A stretch of 64,000 nt of DNA from Candidatus Undinarchaeales archaeon (GCA_030753015.1 JASMDC010000008.1:47645-111644), one strand, 5' to 3'; shown: positions 10,511-19,984, numbered from the stretch's first letter. The notes: a model not told the origin generated them from the letters alone. Program-made: numbers and translations.

Positions 10511-12112
10511 TCACGCCTTCTCATGCTCACTGAAGGCCAATGCCTTCCAATCCTTGCCCTTGAGGACACGGCCCAGGATCTCCATGGCCTCCCCCTTGGG
10601 CCGGGGATAGGTGAATCCGATCTCGGCGATCTTGTTCTCGTAGTCAGCGGCGATGTCGTCCAGGGAGTAGCCGGCGGCAGCGGCCTCGGCGGCCAGACGC
10701 GCGGCCCAGGCGCCGTCCAGTGTACCGTAGCCGTGGATGCCACCGCCCATGGTCGTGACGGTGTCGGTGCCGAACATCTTGGCAAGCTCGATTAGGTGCT
10801 TGGGGTTGAGCCCGCCGGAGTTGACGGGCATCATGGGCCGCATCCCGTACCACTTCTGCGGGAAGAACCAGTTGTACTCGCCCTCCTCGACCTCGGGCAC
10901 GAAGTCCTCCTGGCTGATGCAACGCGCGTAGTTGAGGATCTCCGATTTGTCACCTTCCATCTTGCCAACGACGGTGCCGATATGGAGCTCGTCGATACCA
11001 GCAAGCCTGCAGCACTTGGCGATGACCATCATGTCCACCCCGTGCATGGGGGTCCGTGCGAACCCGGCGTGCATGGCCCGGTGGCCGTGGATGATGAGGG
11101 GCGGGCCGTGCTCGCGCAGGGTCTGGACCGCAGTGAACCCGCCGGTTATGATATCGATCATGCACCCGATTGCACCCAGCTCCTCGACGAAGTAGGCCTT
11201 CTCCAGCATGTCCATGGCGCTGCCCGAGGTGACGTTGGCGACGTACAGCTTGCGCTCGTCGATGCCTTGGGCGCGGTGCTCGGCCTCTACCTCCTGGATG
11301 CGCTTGAACGACAGGTAGGCGCGCAGGAGGAAGGGATCGAACTCCTGGTCCGTGAGGTTCTCGTCGTCCTTGACGACGCAGCAGTACTTGAAGGTCTTGT
11401 ACAGCACCTCGGTCTGCTCGTCGGCGAACAGTCCGGTCTTGGGCTTGGGGATGGTGCCCACCAGTGTGTGGCCCTTGGTCTTTGTGACCTCGCGGATGCC
11501 GGGGATGCCAAACCGCGGACCGGGGAACGTGGATATGTACTCCGGCGGCATCTGGAAGTCCATCACCTTGAGATAGTCCACGGCCTTCATGGCCAGGATG
11601 TTGCCTGTGATGCACGAGAATAGCTGGGGGATGCTCCCGGGCTCGAAGAGGGCGAGGGGATAGGCAACCTTGACGTGGCCGGCCTTGCCGTCCACCTCGG
11701 GGATGCACTCGTACACGGTGCCCGCGAGGCTGAGGGTGTAGGAGGTCTCGGTCTGGACGTCCGTCCAGGTACCTGTCGAGGACTCCAGGGTTATATGGTT
11801 GGCCGCCTCCTCCAGGGTCTCGCCCTTGGGGGGTGTCACCTTGAAGGACGCAAGAAGGTACAGCTCCTTCTGCTTGTCCGGCTCGAAGCCGATGTCCAGG
11901 AACCGCACGTGGGTGTCCTTCTCCTGGAGACGGGCGGCCTTCTTAATCTGTGATTCGGTGAGCTCCGGGCGCTTCCAGGTGAAGGGCTTGGCGCGCTCGT
12001 CCTGCATCCGGCGGAGCTTCTTGAACATCGTATCCCTGGCGCGGGCCCGGGCCTCGTCGATCTCCTTGCTGATCGCTGCGTCCAGGACGCCGTTCTTATC
12101 GGTGAGAACCAT
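10511..12112 (-). CDS. rbcL: RuBisCO large subunit, archaeal form III type, with ~65-aa N-terminal extension
   Basis: ESSTGTW, GN, KPK, KDDEN, HGHRAMH, HIGT, GKMEG, SGG and GGGIHG motifs. ATG 12112 is preceded by a GAGG RBS and a TTTAAAA box. Confidence 0.92.
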   Translation of the reverse strand: MVLTDKNGVLDAAISKEIDEARARARDTMFKKLRRMQDERAKPFTWKRPELTESQIKKAARLQEKDTHVRFLDIGFEPDKQKELYLLASFKVTPPKGETLEEAANHITLESSTGTWTDVQTETSYTLSLAGTVYECIPEVDGKAGHVKVAYPLALFEPGSIPQLFSCITGNILAMKAVDYLKVMDFQMPPEYISTFPGPRFGIPGIREVTKTKGHTLVGTIPKPKTGLFADEQTEVLYKTFKYCCVVKDDENLTDQEFDPFLLRAYLSFKRIQEVEAEHRAQGIDERKLYVANVTSGSAMDMLEKAYFVEELGAIGCMIDIITGGFTAVQTLREHGPPLIIHGHRAMHAGFARTPMHGVDMMVIAKCCRLAGIDELHIGTVVGKMEGDKSEILNYARCISQEDFVPEVEEGEYNWFFPQKWYGMRPMMPVNSGGLNPKHLIELAKMFGTDTVTTMGGGIHGYGTLDGAWAARLAAEAAAAGYSLDDIAADYENKIAEIGFTYPRPKGEAMEILGRVLKGKDWKALAFSEHEKA

Positions 12113-12291
12113 GAATTTTCGCCTCGTTTCGAGAGTCTGTACAGTGACGGACATTTTAAAGCATTGTCTTGAGGGTGGTCCGTGGTGACCCATGACACGG
12201 GTCGCTGGGGCAGTGGGATCCGATGGGCACCCCCCCAGTCATGCGAAAGACTTATGAACGCCCTGTCATGCTCAGTCACACCAGGGGTAAC

Positions 12292-14112
12292 ATGGGTAAG
12301 AACGCACCCTCCCAGAAGGAGGAACAGCAGCGCGAACGGCCGCCTATTTACATCGCTTTCGAGTGGCACATGCATCAGCCCATCTACCACCCCTACGAGA
12401 CCGTCACCGAGACCATGAACGGCGGAAATACGAGCAGCTCGGTCAAGGGCACGCTCCCCGACGGGAAGGACACTCCGGACCTGCGGGAGATCTTCTACTC
12501 GCGCTGGGGCCCATACACCACCTGGGTGGCCGACGCCATCGAGTCCGGCAAGGACGCCGGGCTTGCGGACCTGGGCGCCAGCATGAGCTTCTCCGGTTCT
12601 CTGATCGAGAACCTCAACGCTCTGGAGGAGGCTGATCCGAACGGTACCTTCAAGGATTGGGCAAACCGCTTCATCGAGGCCCGGCACTGGGAGACGTCCG
12701 AGGGCAACCCGCGCCTTGACATCGTCGGGTTCGGGTACCACCACCCCCTCATGGGGCTTATCGAGTATGACGACATCCGCCGCTCGGTTGCCGACCACAA
12801 GCAGATCGTCGCAGAGACGTTCGGTGATGATGTGGCGTACTCCAAGGGTATCTTTCCGCCCGAGAACGCCTTCTCGGAACGCATGATCCCCGCCCTCGTG
12901 GATGAGGGCTTCGAGTGGGCGCTCATCGACAACGTCCACCTGGAGCGGGCGTGCGAGAACTACCCCTACACCACCGGTTCCAACCTCAAACCGCCCAACC
13001 CGGCCGACCAGCAGAATCCCGATCCGGACGATTGGGTGCAGCTCAACGGGCTCTGGTCACCTGGGAAAGTGTCCGGCGGGTTCGCCCACCGGCCCCACTG
13101 GGTCGAGTACACCGACGCCAACGGCCGGACCTCGCAGATGATCGGCGTGTTCGCGGACCGGTACCTGGGCACCGAGGACGCCCGGGGCGGTTTCGGGGCG
13201 CTGAACTACGAGCACGTGATGAGCCAGCTCGAGAAGTTCAACACCGATCCAGACCACCCGCTGCTCATCGTGCTCCCCCATGACGGGGACAATTATGGCG
13301 GCGGTTCCGACTCGTACTATCACCACAATTTCCAGCGGTTCGTCCATTGGCTGCAGGCCAACCCGGGCCGCTTCCAGTGCACGACCATCCAGGACTACCT
13401 GGACAAGTTCCCCGTGGCCGACGACGACGTGGTCCACGTGGAGCCCGGTTCCTGGAGCGGTGCGGACAACGGCGACCCGGAGTTCAAGAAGTGGAACGGG
13501 GACCCGGTCAACGGCTACTCGCCCGACCGCAACTCGTGGGCGGTCATCGTGGCCGCAAAGAACCGCGTCAGGACAGCGGAGGCCATCGATCCCGACGCCC
13601 CCGAGACGAAAGAGGCCTGGCGGTTCCTGGACGTGGGGCAGACCTCATGCTACTGGTACTGGGACGGCAACACCGAGTGGGACTCGAACCCAACCCTTGC
13701 CGCCAACCAGGCGGTCGAGCAAGCGGACCGGATTATCGGCCAAGGCCCCGACACGATGGGGCCCACCCTCTACCTTCCCCAGCGCGATCCCTACAACCCG
13801 GGTGGACGCGGATGGGGCAACAAACCGGAACCGGAGGACGTGCGCATCTGGACGCTGGGGTACGATGTGTCGGGCATCGAGCGTGTGGACCTGAAGTACC
13901 GAGAGGTCGGCGAGCAGGACTGGCAGAGCACGCCCATGACCGCGAGCCCGATGCCTGCCCCGCGGACCGATCCCAAACCCACCTACCGCGGCGAGGAGTA
14001 CGGCGCGGAGCTCACGGGGCTCCACGATGTGACCATCGAGTATTATGCAGAGGCCCAGGACACGCTCGGGAATATTTCCCAGTCGGACGTCCAGCAGGTG
14101 TACATCGAGTGA
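12292..14112 (+). CDS. GH57/GH119-related alpha-glucan hydrolase
   Basis: WHMHQP, SFSGSLIENL, YHHPL, FPPENAFS (nucleophile E) and HDGDN (acid/base region). Start chosen from the RBS. Confidence 0.8.
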   Translation: MGKNAPSQKEEQQRERPPIYIAFEWHMHQPIYHPYETVTETMNGGNTSSSVKGTLPDGKDTPDLREIFYSRWGPYTTWVADAIESGKDAGLADLGASMSFSGSLIENLNALEEADPNGTFKDWANRFIEARHWETSEGNPRLDIVGFGYHHPLMGLIEYDDIRRSVADHKQIVAETFGDDVAYSKGIFPPENAFSERMIPALVDEGFEWALIDNVHLERACENYPYTTGSNLKPPNPADQQNPDPDDWVQLNGLWSPGKVSGGFAHRPHWVEYTDANGRTSQMIGVFADRYLGTEDARGGFGALNYEHVMSQLEKFNTDPDHPLLIVLPHDGDNYGGGSDSYYHHNFQRFVHWLQANPGRFQCTTIQDYLDKFPVADDDVVHVEPGSWSGADNGDPEFKKWNGDPVNGYSPDRNSWAVIVAAKNRVRTAEAIDPDAPETKEAWRFLDVGQTSCYWYWDGNTEWDSNPTLAANQAVEQADRIIGQGPDTMGPTLYLPQRDPYNPGGRGWGNKPEPEDVRIWTLGYDVSGIERVDLKYREVGEQDWQSTPMTASPMPAPRTDPKPTYRGEEYGAELTGLHDVTIEYYAEAQDTLGNISQSDVQQVYIE

Positions 14113-14122
14113 GGTACTGAAG

Positions 14123-14227
14123 ATGAAGCTGCGCGACCTGTTCTTCATGGTGATACTGTGCTTCACTTTCTATATGCTCTGGGGGCCTGTAGGCGTGCTG
14201 GACGTGTACGAGCTGCTGTTCTGGTAA
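14123..14227 (+). CDS. Small hydrophobic membrane peptide (34 aa)
   Basis: GAGGT RBS followed by MKLRDLFFMVILCFTFYMLWGPVGVLDVYELLFW, directly after the GH57 stop. Confidence 0.55.
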   Translation: MKLRDLFFMVILCFTFYMLWGPVGVLDVYELLFW

Positions 14228-14292
14228 AAGGTCGACCGGCCGATACGACGGATTAAATAAGATGTGGCCCGTGGATACCTCCTGGTGATTCG

Positions 14293-14481
14293 ATGTACAA
14301 ACGAGTTCACATGTTCATGACGCTGTTCATGGTGCTAGTGCTCCTCGTGGGTGTCTCGGGATGCCTCGGTGGCGATGACAGCGAGGACAAGGACCTGGAC
14401 AATCCCCTCGACGTGAAAGAGGGCGAGGAGTTCGATCCCATGAGCGATACCGAGGGTGAGGAAGAAGCCGACTCATCGTAG
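14293..14481 (+). CDS. Small acidic lipoprotein (62 aa)
   Basis: GGTGA RBS, hydrophobic stretch, archaeal lipobox VSGCLG, acidic tail. Confidence 0.7.
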   Translation: MYKRVHMFMTLFMVLVLLVGVSGCLGGDDSEDKDLDNPLDVKEGEEFDPMSDTEGEEEADSS

Positions 14482-14530
14482 CGTCGGACAAAGCGTCGAT
14501 ACGACACCCTCCGGGACTGCCGGCGGCCCT

Positions 14531-14750
14531 GCCCCAGCCATGACAACATATTGACACTCCCCCGAATGAATTCGGGGGATTCTTGGAAGAGCGAGCATGA
14601 GATGTCATGCTGTTACCTCCAGGGGGTGTGCCAGCACCCCGTTAACGCGCCCTCCGAAGACGACGCCTATATTGATCGCACCCACAGTGTCCCGGTGCGC
14701 TTCTATGCCGCATGATCTGCACTTCAGAAGACGACCCCTCTTCGTCACTG
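14531..14750 (-). ncRNA. Putative omega/reRNA of the TnpB element (predicted guide UAUGUUGUCAUGGCUGGGGC)
   Basis: Inferred from the known TnpB architecture, in which the scaffold overlaps the tnpB 3' end and right end and the guide is the flank beyond TCAA. The 5' boundary is a guess. Confidence 0.5.
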
Positions 14751-15975
14751 ATGTGTCGCCACACCAAGGACACACGCTTGATGTGCCTCTCTCGTCGATC
14801 ATGGTCACTTTGATCCCATACTCTTGGGCGACACACTGAAGCCGTTCCAGGAGAAAGCGGTGGCTCCAGAAGTTGTGGATCATCGAATCCGACTTCTTGC
14901 CGAATGTGGCATTGTCCCTGATCCCCGTGAGGTCACCTACGACGATCTCGCTGACACCTTCCCGCCAGAGCCGTTCGATCGCTTTCCTGACGATCGTGTT
15001 TACATACTGCCGGAAGCGTAGCTTCCGCTTGCGGAACAAGGAGCGGATCTGCTTTGTCGTCTTCCTGCCGTTCGTCCTCTTCGCTATCGACTTCAGCCGG
15101 TCGATACGACGTGATAGATACCACCAGTCGGAAAGTGCGGGTCGCCCACTGTACGCGATCGATCGCCTATCCCCTTCGATCACTACATCGAGCAGTTCGA
15201 GCACGCCAAGGTCCACGAAGGCCCTCTTGTTCGAGAGCGGTTGATGTGGAGGATCGACCTCCACGATCTGCCTGGCATACCATTTCCGTCTGATGGAGTC
15301 ATACAGAAGGGTCAGCAACCCTTGCCTTGTCCGGTCGTTCCATTTCGGTTTTCCTCTCCAATTCACCTCCAACTTTTTCGGCAGCTTCAATATACTGCCT
15401 TCTATCGTATAGCAATCGCATCGGATGAGTATGAGCTGCTTCCTCTTCCCCGTTGACCTGTGCTTCCAGTATCCGGGAGGGCTCACTCTCTGGATGCGGG
15501 GCGGGAGCTTGCCCTTCTTCTTGAGTTCGAGCAACGCGAAGAACGAACGCCAAGCCTCGCTGTTCTTCCTCTCGATCTGCTGAGCTGTCGCAGAGCCAAT
15601 GATGCACTTGTATCTATCGTACAGGTCCTTCGTGTTCCAGTTCACCTTGTCTGCGTTGAAGATGCTCTGCCTTCGTCGATAGCTGATCTCGTTCCAAAGG
15701 CGAGCACAACCATCCGCGAGCTCATGCAGTCGTTCGTCTTGTTCCAACGAAGGTGACAATGCAAAGGTGTTCGTTCTCCTCATGGTCAGACCTTCGACCG
15801 CATCTTAATGATATCCCACGATGATCGAATAGTGTCTTTGGAGCGTTAAGGTGTTATGGGGGGTGGCGTGCCGCTATTCAGGTGGTTCTTTTACCTTTCG
15901 GGTTTGGTTTCCCTTCGGGAAACACGTCATTCATCCCAACTATGAATTAGATGGGCTTTCTGTCTCAAACCCGTT
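14551..15975 (-). mobile_element. IS200/IS605-family element, tnpB-only (IS1341-like, no tnpA)
   Basis: Right end on the minus strand is GAAT + hairpin CCCCCGAA-TTCA-TTCGGGGG + AGTG-TCAA. Left end is TTAT|AACGGGTTTGAGACAG-AAAG + hairpin. tnpB lies inside. Confidence 0.85.
14605..15783 (-). CDS. tnpB: RNA-guided endonuclease TnpB
   Basis: RLWNE, FVDLG (RuvC-I), VGDL (RuvC-II), TSSVCPWCG/CRSCG zinc ribbon, HRDTVGAINI (RuvC-III). Confidence 0.95.
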   Translation of the reverse strand: MRRTNTFALSPSLEQDERLHELADGCARLWNEISYRRRQSIFNADKVNWNTKDLYDRYKCIIGSATAQQIERKNSEAWRSFFALLELKKKGKLPPRIQRVSPPGYWKHRSTGKRKQLILIRCDCYTIEGSILKLPKKLEVNWRGKPKWNDRTRQGLLTLLYDSIRRKWYARQIVEVDPPHQPLSNKRAFVDLGVLELLDVVIEGDRRSIAYSGRPALSDWWYLSRRIDRLKSIAKRTNGRKTTKQIRSLFRKRKLRFRQYVNTIVRKAIERLWREGVSEIVVGDLTGIRDNATFGKKSDSMIHNFWSHRFLLERLQCVAQEYGIKVTMIDERGTSSVCPWCGDTSVTKRGRLLKCRSCGIEAHRDTVGAINIGVVFGGRVNGVLAHPLEVTA

Positions 15976-16004
15976 ATAAAAGTTACGTCCCCACAGAGTG
16001 GACC

Positions 16005-16577
16005 ATGGAGGAGTACCTGCCCAACCACTCCTCGCGCATGGATCCACACCGCCACAAGGCGATCGTATGCCACGGCGACTCGCTCACCTGGGGCTTCATG
16101 ATCAATCGGGAGGATTGTTATCCCGCGCGTCTCGAGCGCCACCTCGGCGGTGACTGGCAGGTCTTCAACACGGGCCAGAACGGTGACACCGCGGAGGGTG
16201 GGCTCACACGGCTCGGTCGCGAGGTGCTCCCCGAGAACCCCCGGCTCGTCGTCATCGGGTTCGGTACCAACGACTTCTACGATGGTGTGCCCTCCAAGCG
16301 CGTGTTCGCGGCGATGGACACGATGGTCGAGCGTGTCCTCGCCGACGGGGCCGAGGTCATCCTCTGGGGATTTCCGCTCTCCCAGGCCTACGGGCAGGGG
16401 TACGAGTTCATCGCGCGCAAGCACAAGGTCCCGCTCCTCGATTACCTGCACGAGGACATCTACGGACGACAGGGGAACGTGTTCCCCGACGGTATCCACC
16501 TCACTGTCAGAGGGTATGCTGCAGTAGAGGCCCGGGTCCTGCCGGTGGTCCGACGGGTGCTGGGGATCGACACCTGA
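16005..16577 (+). CDS. SGNH/GDSL-family esterase (arylesterase-like)
   Basis: GDSLT, G..GDT, GTND and DGIH blocks. The upstream ATG in the track lies inside the IS left end. Confidence 0.88.
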   Translation: MEEYLPNHSSRMDPHRHKAIVCHGDSLTWGFMINREDCYPARLERHLGGDWQVFNTGQNGDTAEGGLTRLGREVLPENPRLVVIGFGTNDFYDGVPSKRVFAAMDTMVERVLADGAEVILWGFPLSQAYGQGYEFIARKHKVPLLDYLHEDIYGRQGNVFPDGIHLTVRGYAAVEARVLPVVRRVLGIDT

Positions 16578-16578
16578 G

Positions 16579-17856
16579 CTACTCGATGTTGGCGTGGCGC
16601 CTGCGCATCTTCTCAGGAGTCTCGCTGAGGGCCTGCTGTAGGTCGAACACGACGCCCTCGAGGAAGATGAGCGAGAGGATCTCGAACAGTGAGCCCATGG
16701 GCGTCAGCTCCTCGATCTGCGAGGTGAGCTGGCGGGCGATGTAGGACACCTCCTTGGACTCGCGCACCCTGCCGTGGATGAGGAACATCACATCGGCCAG
16801 CTTACCAAGGGTGCTCTCGGGAGTGGAGGTGATGGCGACCACCTTGGCGCCGTTGCCATGGGCGGCCTGGATGGGGCCGATGGTGAGGCTCGTCTCACCC
16901 GAACCCGATAGACCGACGATGATGTCGTCAGCCTCGACGGCGGGCATGGTCACCTCGCCTATGACATGGACACGCAGCCCCATGTGCATGAGCCGCATGC
17001 CGAAGGCGGCCCCTACCAGCCGTGAGCGTCCGGTCCCGCACACGTACACCTTGCGGTCGTTCTCGCGTGCGTCCTTGATCAGCTCGACGAAGCGGTCTAT
17101 TGCCTCGCCGTCGAGCTCCTCGGCCAGCTTGTTCGCCTGGCTGGCGTAGAAGCGCATGGTCATCCCCACGGGGACACTGAAAGCAACATGACTCATCCTG
17201 GAGAGGATGGTGCGTACTGTGGACTGGGGATCCTCGGATTCGCGGAGCGCTCGGCCGATGACAAGTCGCTGGGCGCCGTTCATCAGCACCCGTTCAATGT
17301 GCTCTTCATCCAGAGCACCCGCGGCGATGACGGGGATGGTCAGCTCCCGTGACACCTGCTCGATCTCCTGGAAGGGATCGACGGTGCGCTTGGTGAGAAA
17401 GCTCGTGTGGACCACGACCGCGTCCATACCAAGCTGCTCGGCCTCCTTCGCCTTCTCGACGACGCTGCGGTCCTTGTCCACGTGCGAGAGGTCCATGTAG
17501 ACCTTCACGCCCTCGTCCCGGGCGTACTGGAGGATCGTCTTGACGATGTGGGGTGCGTGATGGCTGGTTATGATTATGGCATGAGCGCCGAATTCCCTGA
17601 TGGAACGGATGGTCTTGAACTCCTCGATGTGCTTGAGGTCGGCCACGACCTCGAAGGGTTCTTCCCGCTCCGCAAAGAGCCCCTGAAGACGGCCAAGGAC
17701 GTACCGCGTCCCGAGGGTCTGAAGAGTGTGGTGGTCCACCTCGAATATGCGGGCACCTCCCTTCCAAAGCTCGTCAGCTAGCGCGATGAGCGCATCGATG
17801 TCGTAGCTGTCGTCCACCTTCAGATAGACCTGGAGTTCCGGCTTCGTCGTCTCCAT
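16579..17856 (-). CDS. Fused 3-hexulose-6-phosphate synthase-like / 6-phospho-3-hexuloisomerase (HPS-PHI)
   Basis: N-terminal barrel with LQV, E and ADLK. C-terminal SIS domain with GTGRS, MRLMHMG, SGSGET, PMGSLFE and HANIE. Confidence 0.88.
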   Translation of the reverse strand: METTKPELQVYLKVDDSYDIDALIALADELWKGGARIFEVDHHTLQTLGTRYVLGRLQGLFAEREEPFEVVADLKHIEEFKTIRSIREFGAHAIIITSHHAPHIVKTILQYARDEGVKVYMDLSHVDKDRSVVEKAKEAEQLGMDAVVVHTSFLTKRTVDPFQEIEQVSRELTIPVIAAGALDEEHIERVLMNGAQRLVIGRALRESEDPQSTVRTILSRMSHVAFSVPVGMTMRFYASQANKLAEELDGEAIDRFVELIKDARENDRKVYVCGTGRSRLVGAAFGMRLMHMGLRVHVIGEVTMPAVEADDIIVGLSGSGETSLTIGPIQAAHGNGAKVVAITSTPESTLGKLADVMFLIHGRVRESKEVSYIARQLTSQIEELTPMGSLFEILSLIFLEGVVFDLQQALSETPEKMRRRHANIE

Positions 17857-17919
17857 GCTCCTCGCTTTTGGGATGCTATGGGAAGGGTTAAAAGACTACG
17901 CCTCCCCTCCTGCCCTGCC

Positions 17920-19017
17920 ATGGAGATGGAATCACCAGACCAGTCCCGACGTACGAGGTTGCTGGAGAACCGGGTCCACGAGCTCGAGGCGGCCATACAG
18001 CGGTTCCTAGCACCGCCCAACCTCGTGGCGACCATCTCCGAGCGTCACCCCAACGGCATGGTCGTAGCGCGCCTCTCGAACGGTCAAGAGGTGTTCACCA
18101 CCGTCCGCCAGGGCCTGGAGGAGAAGGTGCTCCCCGGCGACCGAGTCCGTGTAGACCAGAAGAACTTCACGATAATCGACGTGCTCGGTGGTACACGGGA
18201 CTTCGATGTCGAACGTTTCGTCGTCATGGAGAAGCCCGAGATCTCCTGGGAGGACGTGGGCGGCCTTTCCGAGGAGATGCGTGAGCTTAAAGAGGTCGTG
18301 GAGCTGCCGCTCACCGATCCCGATCTGTTCCGCGAGGTGGGTATCACGCCGCCCAAGGGCGTGCTCCTTCATGGACCGCCCGGGACCGGGAAGACGCTGA
18401 TGGCCAAGGCCGTTGCGAACGCCACGAACGCCACGTTCATCGAGGTCGTTGGCTCGGAGCTCGCTCAGAAGTTCATCGGCGAGGGTGCAAAGCTCGTCAG
18501 GGACATCTTCTCCCTGGCCCGCGACCGCGCTCCCACGCTCCTGTTTATCGACGAGGTGGACGCCATCGCTGCCAAACGCATCGAAGTGGGCACCTCCGGC
18601 GAGCGCGAGGTGCAGCGCACGTTCATGCAGCTGCTGGCAGAGATCGACGGTTTCCATCCCCTGGGGGACGTGAAGGTCGTTGCCGCCACCAACCGACCGG
18701 ACATCCTCGACCCGGCCCTCGTGCGCCATGGACGCCTCGACCGGCTCATCAAGGTGCCGCTCCCCGACGAGAAAGGCAGGCGGGACATCGTTCTGATCCA
18801 CACGCGTCCCATGAACACCGACGAGTTCGATGTCGATAAGCTTGTCAAGCTCACTGACGAGATGTCGGGGGCCGACATCCACAACGTGTGCACCGAGGCC
18901 GGTTACATGGCCATCCGCGACAAGCGTACAAGGGTTACGCAGAAGGACTTCGATGACGCCATCAAGAAGGTGCGGCGCGAGGACAAGGAAGCAGTCGTCT
19001 ACTCGATGTTCAGGTAA
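17920..19017 (+). CDS. pan: Proteasome-activating nucleotidase (AAA+)
   Basis: Coiled coil + OB region, GPPGTGKT, FIDEVD, GEREVQRT, ATNRPDILDPA, C-terminal MFR. Confidence 0.92.
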   Translation: MEMESPDQSRRTRLLENRVHELEAAIQRFLAPPNLVATISERHPNGMVVARLSNGQEVFTTVRQGLEEKVLPGDRVRVDQKNFTIIDVLGGTRDFDVERFVVMEKPEISWEDVGGLSEEMRELKEVVELPLTDPDLFREVGITPPKGVLLHGPPGTGKTLMAKAVANATNATFIEVVGSELAQKFIGEGAKLVRDIFSLARDRAPTLLFIDEVDAIAAKRIEVGTSGEREVQRTFMQLLAEIDGFHPLGDVKVVAATNRPDILDPALVRHGRLDRLIKVPLPDEKGRRDIVLIHTRPMNTDEFDVDKLVKLTDEMSGADIHNVCTEAGYMAIRDKRTRVTQKDFDDAIKKVRREDKEAVVYSMFR

Positions 19018-19137
19018 AGTAGACGTGTCGGGGATCAGTCCCATGACAGTACATCACCGAGCTCTGACGGTGAGCGCAGTACACAGGAAGGTTATATCGC
19101 TCCCGGCAAGGCACTCGACTTCAACGTGAACCTCTAC

Positions 19138-19360
19138 GCGGAGGACACAATCCAACTTACTAAGGATGTCGAGGTCGTCATCAAGTCCATCGACTGCGGC
19201 GTGGAGACGGTGGTCCCCGTGCGCATCGAGCCCATCACACGCGAGCCCGCTTGCACCACGAACAAGGTCGTCAGCCTCCGAACGAAGTCCGACAACCTCA
19301 GCCCGGCCAGCGGCCTGATCCTCGCCGAGTCGGTGGACAACCCGTTCTACGTCATCAGCA
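19138..19360 (+). repeat. Diverged direct repeat copy 1 (gene fragment, DCGVETVVPVRIEPITREPAC domain)
   Basis: Aligns codon by codon with 20662-20878 (one codon indel). Many differences are synonymous. Confidence 0.85.
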
Positions 19361-19450
19361 GCGACAAGGTGGGCGAGGTGCAGACGGCGCGTCTGGTGAT
19401 GTTGCCACCTACAAAAATGTAAATAGTTTTATACATTATTGTATATAGCT

Positions 19451-19984
19451 ATGTACATGGACGGATCGAAGGACATCCTCTCCGAGATGACAACGAACCT
19501 GCCCCGCACCACCAAGGCCAGTGATGCGTTCTTCAACAACTGCATGAAACGGCGGAGGTTCGTTCAGGTCCCGAAGGACGACTTCGTGAAGCATCTTGAG
19601 AAGTCGAAGCACGACCTCTCACAGGTGGACACGGACTACATCCAAGGCAGCTGGGATTGGGCTGTCGTCAAGGCTTACTACTCGGTGTTCCATGCCGCGA
19701 ACGCACTCCTCATCAAAGAGCGCGGTGAGTACTCTAAGGACCATTCCTGCGTGTTCGTCGCACTCGAGCGCCACGACCTCATCCCTCCGGATCTCTACAA
19801 GGAACTGGGCACCCTGCACGGACGGTTCTCGGACCTGGCCGCGTTCGACATCATCTACGGCGCCAGGAAGGTCGGACAGTACGATGTCGACCGATGGGCC
19901 TCCATCTCACAGGCGGATGCCGAACGTGTGCGAGGATTCGCCCGGAGGTTCCTCTCGTTCGTGGAGGGGCGGTGTTATCCATGA
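19451..19984 (+). CDS. HEPN domain protein (UPF0332-like, RX4Y variant)
   Basis: AYYSVFHAANALL, SKDH and RKVGQY. Its stop overlaps the MNT start (ATGA). Confidence 0.85.
   Translation: MYMDGSKDILSEMTTNLPRTTKASDAFFNNCMKRRRFVQVPKDDFVKHLEKSKHDLSQVDTDYIQGSWDWAVVKAYYSVFHAANALLIKERGEYSKDHSCVFVALERHDLIPPDLYKELGTLHGRFSDLAAFDIIYGARKVGQYDVDRWASISQADAERVRGFARRFLSFVEGRCYP

Noticed and set aside
10511-12112. RuBisCO-like protein (form IV)
   Set aside because: It retains KPK, KDDE, HRAMH and loop-6 GKMEG, typical of true carboxylases.
14605-15783. Cas12f or nuclease-dead TldR regulator
   Set aside because: It has intact IS ends, no array, and RuvC acidic residues are present. The guide is simply flanking DNA.
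17920-19017. PAN with a non-HbYX tail (MFR) as a novelty
   Set aside because: A Phe for Tyr substitution and a short coiled coil are within the variation expected for PAN homologs.
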